A stretch of 64,000 bases of DNA from an uncultured Acidimicrobiales bacterium (GTDB lineage Bacteria > Actinomycetota > Acidimicrobiia > Acidimicrobiales > UBA10347). The notes below the pieces were generated by a model. That model did not search any database and was not told where the DNA came from. It saw only the letters and a list, made by a program, of their open reading frames with translations. Location of the stretch: contig CALSSD010000004.1 of NCBI GenBank assembly GCA_943788915.1, positions 62,001-126,000 of the forward strand. Reading direction: 5' to 3'. Of the stretch, positions 49,451-58,667 are shown piece after piece. Both the position numbers and the translations under genes were made by a program. Numbering within the stretch: position 1 is the first letter of the stretch; each line of letters starts with the position of its first letter.

Positions 49451-50085
49451 CTGGTCCCCACCGGGAACACGCCAGGCATGATGGTGAAACCGGGCAGTGC
49501 CTTGACTCGATCAGTCCAACGGCGCAGCGCCGGATAGTCGAGTCGTGATACCCCACCCTCTTCGGACAACACCACATCGGGGAAGATGGCGATGTCGGCA
49601 ATCGTGGGATGCGAGCCGGAGCACACCCAGTCCAAACCTTCGCGTTCTCGGAACCACAGGTGTTCGTCGAGCACTCGGAACAGCCGGTGGGCGCCCGCTC
49701 GGCACACATCGATGTCGAAGTCGTAACCCAGGTTCACGTACAACCGTGCTGCCGATGCGGTGTTGGTGGTGCCTTCGGCGAACAACAACCACGAGGCCGC
49801 CTCGCCCAATAGTTGGGGATCGCCGGTGGGATACCACTGGCCGCTGGGGTCGTACTTGGCCGCCAGGTACACCAGGATGGCGTGGGCGTCCCACAACACG
49901 TAGCCGTCGTCGTCGATGACCGGTATGTGTCCCAGCGGATTGATCTTCTTGAACTCGTCGCTCTTGTGTTCGAGTCCGGGAAAGAAGTCAACGGGTACCG
50001 ATTCATACGGCACGTCGAGCAGGCTCAATATCAGTCGTTGCTTGTAGCAGTTGGCCGACAGTTCGTAGTCGTACAGCTTGATCAT
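49447..50085 (-). CDS. ndmE: GST-fold protein, NdmE-like subunit of the N7-demethylase
   Basis: MIKLYDYELSANCYK, VDFFPGLEHKS, SAARL, AHRLFRVLDEHLW, PTIADIA, YPALRRWTDRVK, MPGVFP; last gene of the ndmC-ndmD run. Confidence 0.82.
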   Translation of the reverse strand: MIKLYDYELSANCYKQRLILSLLDVPYESVPVDFFPGLEHKSDEFKKINPLGHIPVIDDDGYVLWDAHAILVYLAAKYDPSGQWYPTGDPQLLGEAASWLLFAEGTTNTASAARLYVNLGYDFDIDVCRAGAHRLFRVLDEHLWFREREGLDWVCSGSHPTIADIAIFPDVVLSEEGGVSRLDYPALRRWTDRVKALPGFTIMPGVFPVGTS

Positions 50086-50098
50086 CGTGCGCCCCTGC

Positions 50099-51859
50099 CT
50101 AGATGTCGAGCACGAGGCGGTCGGACGTGGCCCGTGAAACACAGGTCATGATTTGATCGCCGGCGTCTCGCTCGGTCTGTTTCAGATGCACGTCTTGGTG
50201 ATCGATGTCGCCTTCGATAACGGGGACGACGCAGGTGCCACAGGCACCCTGTTCACACGACGACGGCATAGCCACACCATGATCACGGAGCACCTCAAGA
50301 ATCGTGGTGCCCGACGGCACCTGCAACGTGACCGCCGATCGAGCGAGTGCGATCTCGAAACTCGACGAGTCGTCGATTTCAGTTGTGTTCTTGAAGTACT
50401 CGAAGTGCACTGCCTGATCGGGCCAGCCAGCTTCGGCCGCAATCGTGCGGGCTGCTTCGAGCATGGGTCCGGGCCCACAGATGTAGGCCTGGTTGGCGTG
50501 GTCGTATCCCTGGAGCACCCGGGTGAGTTCAGCAGAGGTTTCGCCCGGCGATAGGCCGAGGTGCACGGTGACGGAGTCGCCGAGCGTGCTGCGTATTTCG
50601 TCGAACGCCAGGTGTTCTTCTGCCTGGGCGAAGTAGTGCAGCTCAAAAGCGAGCCCCATGGGTTGCAACGCCTGAGTCATGGCCAGCATGGGTGTCACGC
50701 CGATGCCGCCGGCGATGAACACGGTGCGAAGTGCGTCGCGCCGCAGCGGGAAGTTGTTGCGAGGTTCTGAGATCGCCAACACGTCTCCCTCGTTCACCGT
50801 GTCGTGTAGCGCCTGGGATCCACCGGTGGACTCGGCTTCGAGTTTGACGCCGATTCGGTAACAGGCTGTGTCGCCTGGCCCATTGGTGATGGAGTACTGG
50901 CGCACCAGGCCGTTGGGCAGATGGACATCGATATGTGCACCCGGCTGGAACGTGGGTAGCGGGTTACCGGTGGAGACCAGTTCGAACGCCATGATGTCGT
51001 GGGCGGTTTCCCACTTGCGGGCGACCTGCACTCGCAACGGCGCCGAACGATTGGTTTCGCGCTCGGGCATGACCGACAACGCCAGCGACACCTGGTCGAT
51101 GGTTGCCACCATGGGTTCGGGAGCTGGCTGGTCGGTGGCCGCCGTTTCAGCCAAGGCCACGAGCTGGCCAAGTCGGGTCGCATGATGGCGGAGTACGGCG
51201 ATCTGCTCGGAATCAGCAGGCGTGTCGGTGAGTACTGCGCGGATCACCGAACGGTCCGAGTCGACCGGTTGCACAAAGAACACCGCGGTACTGTGGTAGT
51301 TCGCACCGGTGGCTGTCAGGGCGAGCGCGAAGTCACCAAGCTCGGTCACGGCCATGGCGGCATGGTCGCCGTCGAGTGCTCCGACCGGCTGGAAGCGGTG
51401 ATCTCGGAGCTGGGCGAGCACGATCTCGGCCGAGGCATTCACTGGCAAGCTGCGCAGAGTGAACGGTGTGCCATCGTCGAGCATGGGTACCAACGGAGGT
51501 TCACCCACGGGATCTTCGCCTGACCACACCAGGCCATACCGTTCGACGGCTGGAAAGGTGCGGTTGCAGATGGTGCGTGCCGGCGCATCGGCGGGGTGTG
51601 CCGGTATGTAGGTGCAGCCAGCGGAGCGGTTCGCATACCGCCAGCCGTGATAACGACACGTCAGTTCATTGCCGTCGTTGGTGCCGATGGACAGCCGAAC
51701 ACCACGGTGCAGGCAACGGTTCTCCCACACGTTTACGAAGTCGTCGTCGGCTCTCCACACCGCAACCTCGCGACCCAGTAGCTGGCCGTGAAAGATGTGG
51801 TGCTGGGGCAGGTCAATCGAGGTGGCAACCGGATGCCACAGGCTCCTTGGATCGCTCAT
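50099..51859 (-). CDS. ndmD: NdmD-like Rieske-reductase fusion (Rieske + flavin/NAD-binding + plant-type 2Fe-2S), 586 aa
   Basis: WENRCLHRG...CRYHGW, PGAHID, RQYSI, GGS, AGGIGVTP, YICGP, SSCEQGACGTC...MTC. Confidence 0.87.
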   Translation of the reverse strand: MSDPRSLWHPVATSIDLPQHHIFHGQLLGREVAVWRADDDFVNVWENRCLHRGVRLSIGTNDGNELTCRYHGWRYANRSAGCTYIPAHPADAPARTICNRTFPAVERYGLVWSGEDPVGEPPLVPMLDDGTPFTLRSLPVNASAEIVLAQLRDHRFQPVGALDGDHAAMAVTELGDFALALTATGANYHSTAVFFVQPVDSDRSVIRAVLTDTPADSEQIAVLRHHATRLGQLVALAETAATDQPAPEPMVATIDQVSLALSVMPERETNRSAPLRVQVARKWETAHDIMAFELVSTGNPLPTFQPGAHIDVHLPNGLVRQYSITNGPGDTACYRIGVKLEAESTGGSQALHDTVNEGDVLAISEPRNNFPLRRDALRTVFIAGGIGVTPMLAMTQALQPMGLAFELHYFAQAEEHLAFDEIRSTLGDSVTVHLGLSPGETSAELTRVLQGYDHANQAYICGPGPMLEAARTIAAEAGWPDQAVHFEYFKNTTEIDDSSSFEIALARSAVTLQVPSGTTILEVLRDHGVAMPSSCEQGACGTCVVPVIEGDIDHQDVHLKQTERDAGDQIMTCVSRATSDRLVLDI

Positions 51860-52734
51860 GCTGCGGGGATGACGCCGTAGGTGACTCCGAGATCAGACAA
51901 CCACCGTCGGTAGGCAATCGCGACCTTGTCGGCACGGATGGGTGTCTCGGCTCGAGGATCAAGCGGCAACAGCTTGGGGTATTGGTTCTCGAGGATTGGT
52001 TTGTCCTGACCAAAGATGGTCTGTTGGAACTTGCGGATCACGGTCTCGCTGTTGTCGGGATCCAGCAAACACAAGAACATGTGGGCCTCGATACGGTCCT
52101 CAGCTATCGGTCGGCAGAACAGCGCAATGACATCCATACGTTCGGCAGCCAGGGGTGTGGTTTTGTACAGAATCACGCAATACGGATGTGGCACCCGGTA
52201 CAGATAGTCGCTCATCTGCCCTTCGGTCGAAGTGGTGGCCGCACGAGGCTGGTAAAAGACACACTCGGTCGCCCACACATCGTTGGTGTCAGGGTCGATG
52301 TGGACGTCGTATTCAGCGACCTCGGTATGGGGTTCGGCGCCGAGTACGTCGGTGTGGACATAGGGGAAGTGGCCCATGTCCAAGAAGTTCTCGATTGCAC
52401 GGGGTGCGGATACGTGCACGCCGATGGTGCCTGCGTGAATATTGCGGCGATCGGGCTCGGCAAACTCGGGGATTGCGAACAGTGCTTCCGGCGGTGAACC
52501 CAAACAGACCCAGACATACAAGTACTCGACAAGCACCGGCAACGCGGTGGCGTCGGCATCGGCGGCTAACCACACGACCGGAGCACCATCAGTGTCGAGC
52601 TGGTAGCTGAGCTGTTCGCCCAACAAGATCGTGTGCCCGACGTTGTCTGCGGTCATTTCATCAAGTGGCAGCAGGGGGTGCCATTGGTCGAGAATGACCG
52701 GGTCTGCACATGTGGTTGCAACGGTTGGCGTCAT
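51856..52734 (-). CDS. ndmC: NdmC-like oxygenase: non-heme Fe catalytic domain without Rieske ligands, 292 aa
   Basis: No CxH/CxxH in the short N-terminus; EPDRR, RAIENFLDMGHFPYVH, LGAEPHTEV, FQQTIFGQD, RAD...AYRRWL. Confidence 0.85.
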   Translation of the reverse strand: MTPTVATTCADPVILDQWHPLLPLDEMTADNVGHTILLGEQLSYQLDTDGAPVVWLAADADATALPVLVEYLYVWVCLGSPPEALFAIPEFAEPDRRNIHAGTIGVHVSAPRAIENFLDMGHFPYVHTDVLGAEPHTEVAEYDVHIDPDTNDVWATECVFYQPRAATTSTEGQMSDYLYRVPHPYCVILYKTTPLAAERMDVIALFCRPIAEDRIEAHMFLCLLDPDNSETVIRKFQQTIFGQDKPILENQYPKLLPLDPRAETPIRADKVAIAYRRWLSDLGVTYGVIPAA

Positions 52735-52742
52735 GGTTGTCC

Positions 52743-53735
52743 TCAGTCACCTACGGCCAGGGCCGCAAACTTCTCTGCGAGATAGTCCATGGCCGCAATG
52801 GGTTCGTAACGAGCCGGATTTTCAGGGCTCACGCATGTCGGCAGAGGCACGATCACTGCATCTGCGTCGGGCTCGTGGAAGAAAATCAGGCTGATCAGTT
52901 CCTCGTTTGGAGCCCCCGCTGCTGGCGGCAAGACGCGGTGTTCATTGGAGCGCCAGCGGTCGTTGGTCCACTGTTTCAGCATGTCGCCGGTATTCACAAT
53001 GAGGCTGCTGTCGATGCACGGTGCGTCGATCCAGTTGCCGGCATCGTCGAGTACTTGCAGACCGCCAACACCCGGTTGGCGATCAAGAATGGTGACGGTG
53101 CCAAAGTCGGTGTGGGGGCCAATCCGATACTGCCCTTCGACCGGGTCTTCTCGGGTGAATGGCCAGTACCAGTTGAGGGTTCCGGTTGATGTGGTGTTGC
53201 GGCAATGGTCGAGCAGGTGCTCCTGCTCCAGACCCAGCGCAAGAGCAAACAGCTGGAGCAACTCATCAGCAAGCTCGCGAGCGCCACGCCAGAAGAGCTC
53301 GGCGGCGGGTTGCAACGTGGAGGGCGTATCGGGCCACAGGTTCGGGGCGTACCACATGGGGTGCTGGTCCCGCAGCGACTCATCGGCGACGTCGACCGTT
53401 CCGTAGGCGAAGGTCTCCTTGAGATCGGGTGGTGTGTCGACGCCATAGGTCGCTGCGTTGGACTCTTTGCCGCCGCCGACCCAACCTCGGTACACATCAT
53501 TGGTAGGCACCAGCTTGGCCTTCTCGGCTTCGGGCATGTGGAAGAAGTCGGCGCACGCAGCTCGCGTGTTGGCAAGCACTGTTGGGTCGATTCCATGGTT
53601 GATCACGACCAAAAAGCCGCACCGTCGAAGGTGGGAATCGACGGTGGCCGCGAGTTCGGCGCGCGCCGATGTGTCGCCGTTGAACCAGGGGGCGAGGTCG
53701 ACGAGCGGGATGAAGTCGGCGTCTGAAGTGGTCAT
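52743..53735 (-). CDS. IPNS-family Fe(II) oxygenase (DIOX_N + 2OG-FeII_Oxy)
   Basis: IPLVDL, GFLVVINHGI, DLKETF, PNLWP, HTDFGTVTIL, GGLQV, VNTGD, HRV. Confidence 0.9.
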   Translation of the reverse strand: MTTSDADFIPLVDLAPWFNGDTSARAELAATVDSHLRRCGFLVVINHGIDPTVLANTRAACADFFHMPEAEKAKLVPTNDVYRGWVGGGKESNAATYGVDTPPDLKETFAYGTVDVADESLRDQHPMWYAPNLWPDTPSTLQPAAELFWRGARELADELLQLFALALGLEQEHLLDHCRNTTSTGTLNWYWPFTREDPVEGQYRIGPHTDFGTVTILDRQPGVGGLQVLDDAGNWIDAPCIDSSLIVNTGDMLKQWTNDRWRSNEHRVLPPAAGAPNEELISLIFFHEPDADAVIVPLPTCVSPENPARYEPIAAMDYLAEKFAALAVGD

Positions 53736-53750
53736 GGTTACTCCTGGGAT

Positions 53751-54698
53751 CTACCGAGCTTCACGAGAATAGGGTTGGGCCAACGCTGCGGGAGCGGCAA
53801 GTCGTCGGGCCCGGTTCGGGCTGGCCGAGACCAGTATGACAACGAGATAGGCGGCGATGAACGGCATCATCTTCAAGAAGTCCGATGGCACGTTTACCTG
53901 CGCCAACTGCAACGTGAATCCCAGGCCGTTCAGGCCACCGAACGCAAACGCGCCGATCAACGCGAGCCATGGTCGCCATCCGGCCAAGATGACCAGTGCG
54001 ACGGCGATCCAGCCAATGCCAGCGGTAAGCCCGTTCTGCCAGGTGCCAACGATGGCAACCGTGAGGTAGGCGCCGCCGGCACCCGCCCCGAACCCGCCGA
54101 TTGCAGTGGCTAGGTAACGCATCTTGGTGACCGAGATGCCAGCAGCATCGGCAGAAGCGGGGTCTTCGCCAACCGCCCGCAATGCCAGACCGACCGACGT
54201 GCGGTTAAGCACATAGGTGGCAGTGATCACGGCGACCACGCCGAGATAGACGATTAGGTCGTGGCCGAACACGATTGGTCCGACGGCGGGAAGGTCACGC
54301 ATCGAGCTCGGAAACAGGGGCGTGACCTCGACAGCATTGCGGGCCGAGAGCAAGCTTGGTTCACCACTGGTACCGATAAACGACGAGAACCCGGATCCGA
54401 CGATCACGAGCGACAGTCCCGACACGGTCTGGTCCACTCGTAAGGTCACCGCGAGCACTGCATGAACGAGCGAGAGAGCGACACCGCCGAACCCGCCGAC
54501 GATGATGGCCACCATCAGACTGCCGGTGGTGTTGCCAGCCCAGAAACCAATGACCGCGCCTACGAGCATCATGCCCTCGATGCCCAGGTTCATGACCCCC
54601 GATCGATTCGTGATGATCTCGCCCAACGCTGCGAACAAAATGGGGGTTGAGGCGACGATGGCACTCGCAATCGAGAGGATCAGGACACTGTCGTTCAT
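53751..54698 (-). CDS. Nucleoside/purine ABC transporter permease (NupQ/YufQ-like)
   Basis: TPILFAALGE, RSGVMNLGIEG, LRAVGEDP, GWIAVALV. Confidence 0.9.
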   Translation of the reverse strand: MNDSVLILSIASAIVASTPILFAALGEIITNRSGVMNLGIEGMMLVGAVIGFWAGNTTGSLMVAIIVGGFGGVALSLVHAVLAVTLRVDQTVSGLSLVIVGSGFSSFIGTSGEPSLLSARNAVEVTPLFPSSMRDLPAVGPIVFGHDLIVYLGVVAVITATYVLNRTSVGLALRAVGEDPASADAAGISVTKMRYLATAIGGFGAGAGGAYLTVAIVGTWQNGLTAGIGWIAVALVILAGWRPWLALIGAFAFGGLNGLGFTLQLAQVNVPSDFLKMMPFIAAYLVVILVSASPNRARRLAAPAALAQPYSREAR

Positions 54699-55798
54699 GC
54701 TGCTGCCTCGGTCTCTGTAGCCGTCGCGTCGGTGCGTGCGAGGCTGACGCTGTTGGTGACAAAGAACTCACCTGCGGTCACCGTCAGGAAGATCAGGCCC
54801 TGAAGTAACAGGACCACTTCGACATTGATACCGATCGATTGCAGCCGGCTTCCTGAGGTCGCTATCGCTGCCAGGAAGATCGAGACCGGAACGACACCCA
54901 ACGGGTTGGACCGAGCCACTACCGCAACGATGATGCCGGTGAAACCAATATTGGTGGTCAGCGCTACTGGCTCGAGGCCCTTGGTCACACCGCTGACCTC
55001 GCTGACCCCGGCGATTGCTGCGAGCGCACCGGAGAGCGCAAGCACAGTCAAGGTCTTGAGCCGAACACTCATGCCCGCGTAACTCGCGGCCCTTGGTGAG
55101 TCGCCGATGGTGCGGATCTGAAACCCCCACGAGGTCTTACGCAACAGCCACCACAAAAATACGGCGGCAACAACCGCGATGATGATGCCGATATGCAGAC
55201 GTCCTGAAATGCTGGGCATCACCGCGTTTTCGGGCAGACGTTTTCCACCTGGTACCGGACGTCGCGGATCGCGCCAGAAGCTCCGCGAACCAAAGATCAA
55301 CCAGTTCATGAGCGACAGCGCAATGAAGTTGAGCATCAAGGTGGTGATGATCTCGTCGGCGTTGAAATACGCCTTGGGGATTGCGGCGAGGAGCGCCCAT
55401 AAGGCACCGGCTAGAGCACCAACGATGAGCATGGCGCTGAGCATGAGTGGCATTGGCGTGCTTGCAGGCAACGCGAGTCCGACCCAGCTGGCGCCAATAG
55501 CTCCTAGGTAGAGCTGGCCTTCACCGCCGATGTTGTAGACCCGCATCTGAAACGCAACCGCCGCAGCGAGTCCGGTGAGAATCAATGGTGTGGCCAGTGC
55601 CAGCGTGCGTGACTGTGATTTCCAGCCGTTGAGGCTGGCATCGAACATTGTGCGATACGCCTCGATCGGATCATTGCCGGCGATGGCAAGGATGATCGCC
55701 CCCAATAACAGTGCAAACCCCAGGGCCCCCACCGGCACGCCGAAGCGCACCGACGGTCCAGTGACCCCTCGGGGCATGACCCGTATCGGGCTCCTCAT
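54695..55798 (-). CDS. Nucleoside/purine ABC transporter permease (NupP/YufP-like)
   Basis: ATPLILTGLA, NIGGEGQ, EIITTLMLNF, AASYAG, GFTGIIVA. Confidence 0.9.
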   Translation of the reverse strand: MRSPIRVMPRGVTGPSVRFGVPVGALGFALLLGAIILAIAGNDPIEAYRTMFDASLNGWKSQSRTLALATPLILTGLAAAVAFQMRVYNIGGEGQLYLGAIGASWVGLALPASTPMPLMLSAMLIVGALAGALWALLAAIPKAYFNADEIITTLMLNFIALSLMNWLIFGSRSFWRDPRRPVPGGKRLPENAVMPSISGRLHIGIIIAVVAAVFLWWLLRKTSWGFQIRTIGDSPRAASYAGMSVRLKTLTVLALSGALAAIAGVSEVSGVTKGLEPVALTTNIGFTGIIVAVVARSNPLGVVPVSIFLAAIATSGSRLQSIGINVEVVLLLQGLIFLTVTAGEFFVTNSVSLARTDATATETEAAA

Positions 55799-57336
55799 GA
55801 GCTTGCCTGTATGGCGGGGTCTGGGGTGCCGGATCCGGTCATGAGTAAGCCGATCTCGTCGAGATCAAGTTCATCGCTAGCGAAGGATCCAACGATGCGG
55901 CCCTTAAACATCACCAGCACGACATCGGACATCTTGACGATTTCGTCGAGGTCCTCGGAGAAGACCAAGACACCTCGCTTGGCTCGTTCTTCGATGATGT
56001 GTGCACGCACCGCTTCAGCAGCTGCCATATCCAGGCCACGAGTTGGCGCTGCAGCCAGCAGTACCTGGTGATCCTCATTCAGCTCGCGCGCCAAGATGGC
56101 CTTTTGCAGATTGCCGCCCGACATCAGGCTTACTCGCATACCGCTGCGGTTACCGCGTACGTCGAACTTCTCGACCAGCTTGTTCATGGTCTTTTCGATC
56201 TCGGTGTTGGACAACACGCCTCGGCGAGAGTGGGGCGACCGGTCGTAACTCTTGAGCACGATGTTGTGTTCGAGTGGAAGCCCGGGGGCGAGCCCAACCC
56301 CCAGTCGGTCCTCGGGCACATAGGCCAGCCCGGCTTGGGCCGTCTTCTTTGGGCCCGCCGTGGTGCAGTCGGTGCCGGCGATCTCGATGGTGCCGTTCAC
56401 CGGGGTTCGGAGTCCAGCGATCACCTCTTGCAGCTCTCGCTGACCGTTTCCGGCAACGCCCGCGACCCCCACGACTTGACCTCGGCGCACTGTAAAGCTG
56501 GCATCGTCGACCGCCATCAAGCCGTGGTCGCCCTGCACACTCACGCCTGATAACGACAGGACCGGCTCGCCGATGTCGTGGGCCGTTGCAAAGTTGGTTC
56601 TTTCTGCGGCGGCGCTGTCGCCGAACATCATCCTCGCCACCTCGGCTGGAGTTGTATCAGCAGTAGTGACAGAGCCAGCATTGACGCCCCGCCGCAGCAC
56701 GGTGATGCGGTCGGTGTACGCCATGGTCTCAGCCATCTTGTGCGATACCAGTACGACAGAGTGTCCCTTGGCGACCATGGTCGAGACAGCTTCGAAGAGC
56801 CGGTCGGTTTCTTGGGCCGCCAACACTGCGGTGGGCTCGTCGAGGATGAGTATCCGGGCACCTCGGAAGAGCTGCTTCAGGATCTCGACCCGCTGTTGCT
56901 CACCCACGGAGAGTTGCCAGATCGATGCGGTTGGATTGACATGCAGCCCGAATTCCTCGGCAAGATCAGCGACCATCGATTCGACTTGTCGCATCGATCG
57001 CGGCCTCTGCCTCTTGTGCATGCCGAGCACGACGTTCTGCGCCACCGTGAAACTATCGACAAGACGAAAGTGTTGGTAGACCATGCCGACGCCATGGTTC
57101 GAGGCGTCTTGGGGCGAGCGAAACTGCACTGCTTGGCCGTCGATTGACACCGTGCCTGAGTTGGGTTTGTACAAACCCGACAGCACCGAACACAACGTGG
57201 ACTTGCCAGCCCCGTTTTCGCCGAGCAGACCATGAATTTCACCACCCCGAAGATCGAAATCGACCGAGTCGATGGCAGGTACGCCATAGAACGACTTGGT
57301 TAGATTTCGAACCTCGAGGTGGGTGGCCGAATTCAC
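55795..57336 (-). CDS. Nucleoside ABC transporter dual-domain ATPase (CUT2 family)
   Basis: GENGAGKST, GMVYQHF, LSVGEQQRVEI, DEPT, GVAGNGQ, PEDR, SGGNLQK, PTRGLD; GTGA overlap with the upstream gene. Confidence 0.92.
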   Translation of the reverse strand: MNSATHLEVRNLTKSFYGVPAIDSVDFDLRGGEIHGLLGENGAGKSTLCSVLSGLYKPNSGTVSIDGQAVQFRSPQDASNHGVGMVYQHFRLVDSFTVAQNVVLGMHKRQRPRSMRQVESMVADLAEEFGLHVNPTASIWQLSVGEQQRVEILKQLFRGARILILDEPTAVLAAQETDRLFEAVSTMVAKGHSVVLVSHKMAETMAYTDRITVLRRGVNAGSVTTADTTPAEVARMMFGDSAAAERTNFATAHDIGEPVLSLSGVSVQGDHGLMAVDDASFTVRRGQVVGVAGVAGNGQRELQEVIAGLRTPVNGTIEIAGTDCTTAGPKKTAQAGLAYVPEDRLGVGLAPGLPLEHNIVLKSYDRSPHSRRGVLSNTEIEKTMNKLVEKFDVRGNRSGMRVSLMSGGNLQKAILARELNEDHQVLLAAAPTRGLDMAAAEAVRAHIIEERAKRGVLVFSEDLDEIVKMSDVVLVMFKGRIVGSFASDELDLDEIGLLMTGSGTPDPAIQASS

Positions 57337-58517
57337 CCGGCTGGGATCTCGCCGACGATTCCTTCTACTAGCCACTGGCAGCAGGCACCACGATCACCGA
57401 ACGCAATGGTTTCGCCTTCGGCGATGACGATGTTGCCCTGGTTGTCCATGATTGGGCCAGCGAAGATGTCGAAGGTGCCGTCGATGATTCCGGCAACCCG
57501 CTCGTCGATGAGGTCAAGGGTTTCTTGGGTGACGTCGGGGCCGTAGGGAGCGAACTCGATCCAACCCTCTTTGAGACCACCATAGGAATTACCGGCCTCG
57601 AACTCGCCGGCCAGAATGTCCTCGATCTGTTCGATGTAGTACGTGCTCCAGTCGAAGAGCAGTGACGATGCCCATGCCTCGGGTTCGAAGTCAGACCAGT
57701 CGTTGGTGTAACCGATGACGTAGCCGTCGTTCTGTGCCATCACCGTGGCGTAGACCTGGGAGCCAACCTCGTGAGCGATCACGTCTGCGCCAGCGTTGGC
57801 CAGAGCTTCGGCAGCTTGTTGCTCGATCGCAGGATCGAACCAGGTGTTCAGGTAGACGGCGCGAACTTCGGCGTCGGGGTTCACTTCACGAGCACCGAGG
57901 GTGAAAGCGTTCAACGCACGGTTGACCTCTTCGAATGGGAAACCGACCGGGTAACCAATGATATTTGACTTGGTCAGGCTGCCGGCCACGATGCCGTCCA
58001 TGTACCGGCCGTCTTCGGAGGCTTGGGCGAAGTGTCCAACGTTGGGCTGTGGCTCAAAGCCAGCCCAGGTCAAGAAGTAGACCTCAGGGTTTTCGTCGGC
58101 GACGTCCATCATGTCGAACTGGTAGAAGGTCGTACCGATCACCAGATCTGCACCGGCGTCGACAGCGTCTTGGAACGCGTTCGTAGCTGGCTGTCCTGGC
58201 TCGATCTCTTCAACGAAGCTGAAGTCGATACCGGGGAAGTTGGCTTCCATCTTGCGACCACTGCGCAAGTGGGTGGTGTTCCAACCGCCGTCTTCGGCGG
58301 AACCGTCGAGAATCATGACGACCTTGAAGTCGCTGTAGTCCTCGCCGCTGGCCTCGGTTTCGGCCGGCTCGGTTTCCGTGGACTCGGTGTCGGTCGCAGA
58401 GGTTTTGGTCTCGGTTGAGTCACTGCCGCCGCACGCTGCGGCAAGCATGCTCAGAGCAAGTAACAGAACTGTGAGTAGTCGGAAGTGGTGGCGGGGGCGC
58501 TTGTGCATAGTCAGCAT
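57333..58517 (-). CDS. BMP (PnrA/Med) family ABC substrate-binding lipoprotein
   Basis: LAAAC lipobox, DGGWN..H, RYMDGIVAG, NAFTLGAREVNP, TWFDP, FDW, FAGPI.D. Confidence 0.9.
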   Translation of the reverse strand: MLTMHKRPRHHFRLLTVLLLALSMLAAACGGSDSTETKTSATDTESTETEPAETEASGEDYSDFKVVMILDGSAEDGGWNTTHLRSGRKMEANFPGIDFSFVEEIEPGQPATNAFQDAVDAGADLVIGTTFYQFDMMDVADENPEVYFLTWAGFEPQPNVGHFAQASEDGRYMDGIVAGSLTKSNIIGYPVGFPFEEVNRALNAFTLGAREVNPDAEVRAVYLNTWFDPAIEQQAAEALANAGADVIAHEVGSQVYATVMAQNDGYVIGYTNDWSDFEPEAWASSLLFDWSTYYIEQIEDILAGEFEAGNSYGGLKEGWIEFAPYGPDVTQETLDLIDERVAGIIDGTFDIFAGPIMDNQGNIVIAEGETIAFGDRGACCQWLVEGIVGEIPAG

Positions 58518-58600
58518 TATGGCTTCTCGCTTGTTTCGGAAATGTTTCGTGAACGAAGTTCTCGGGACGCAAGCCGACGTTAGCAGTCGTGACTTCGCGA

Positions 58601-58646
58601 CCATAGAAGAGGCGATGTGTACCGAGTACATCTTGCCTCTCTATGG
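58601..58646. promoter_or_regulatory. Imperfect 46-bp inverted repeat in the divergent promoter region
   Basis: ccatagaagaggc...tgtac-cga-gtaca...gcctctctatgg. Confidence 0.5.
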
Positions 58647-58667
58647 TGGACCTTTCGGAGGCAGCCA

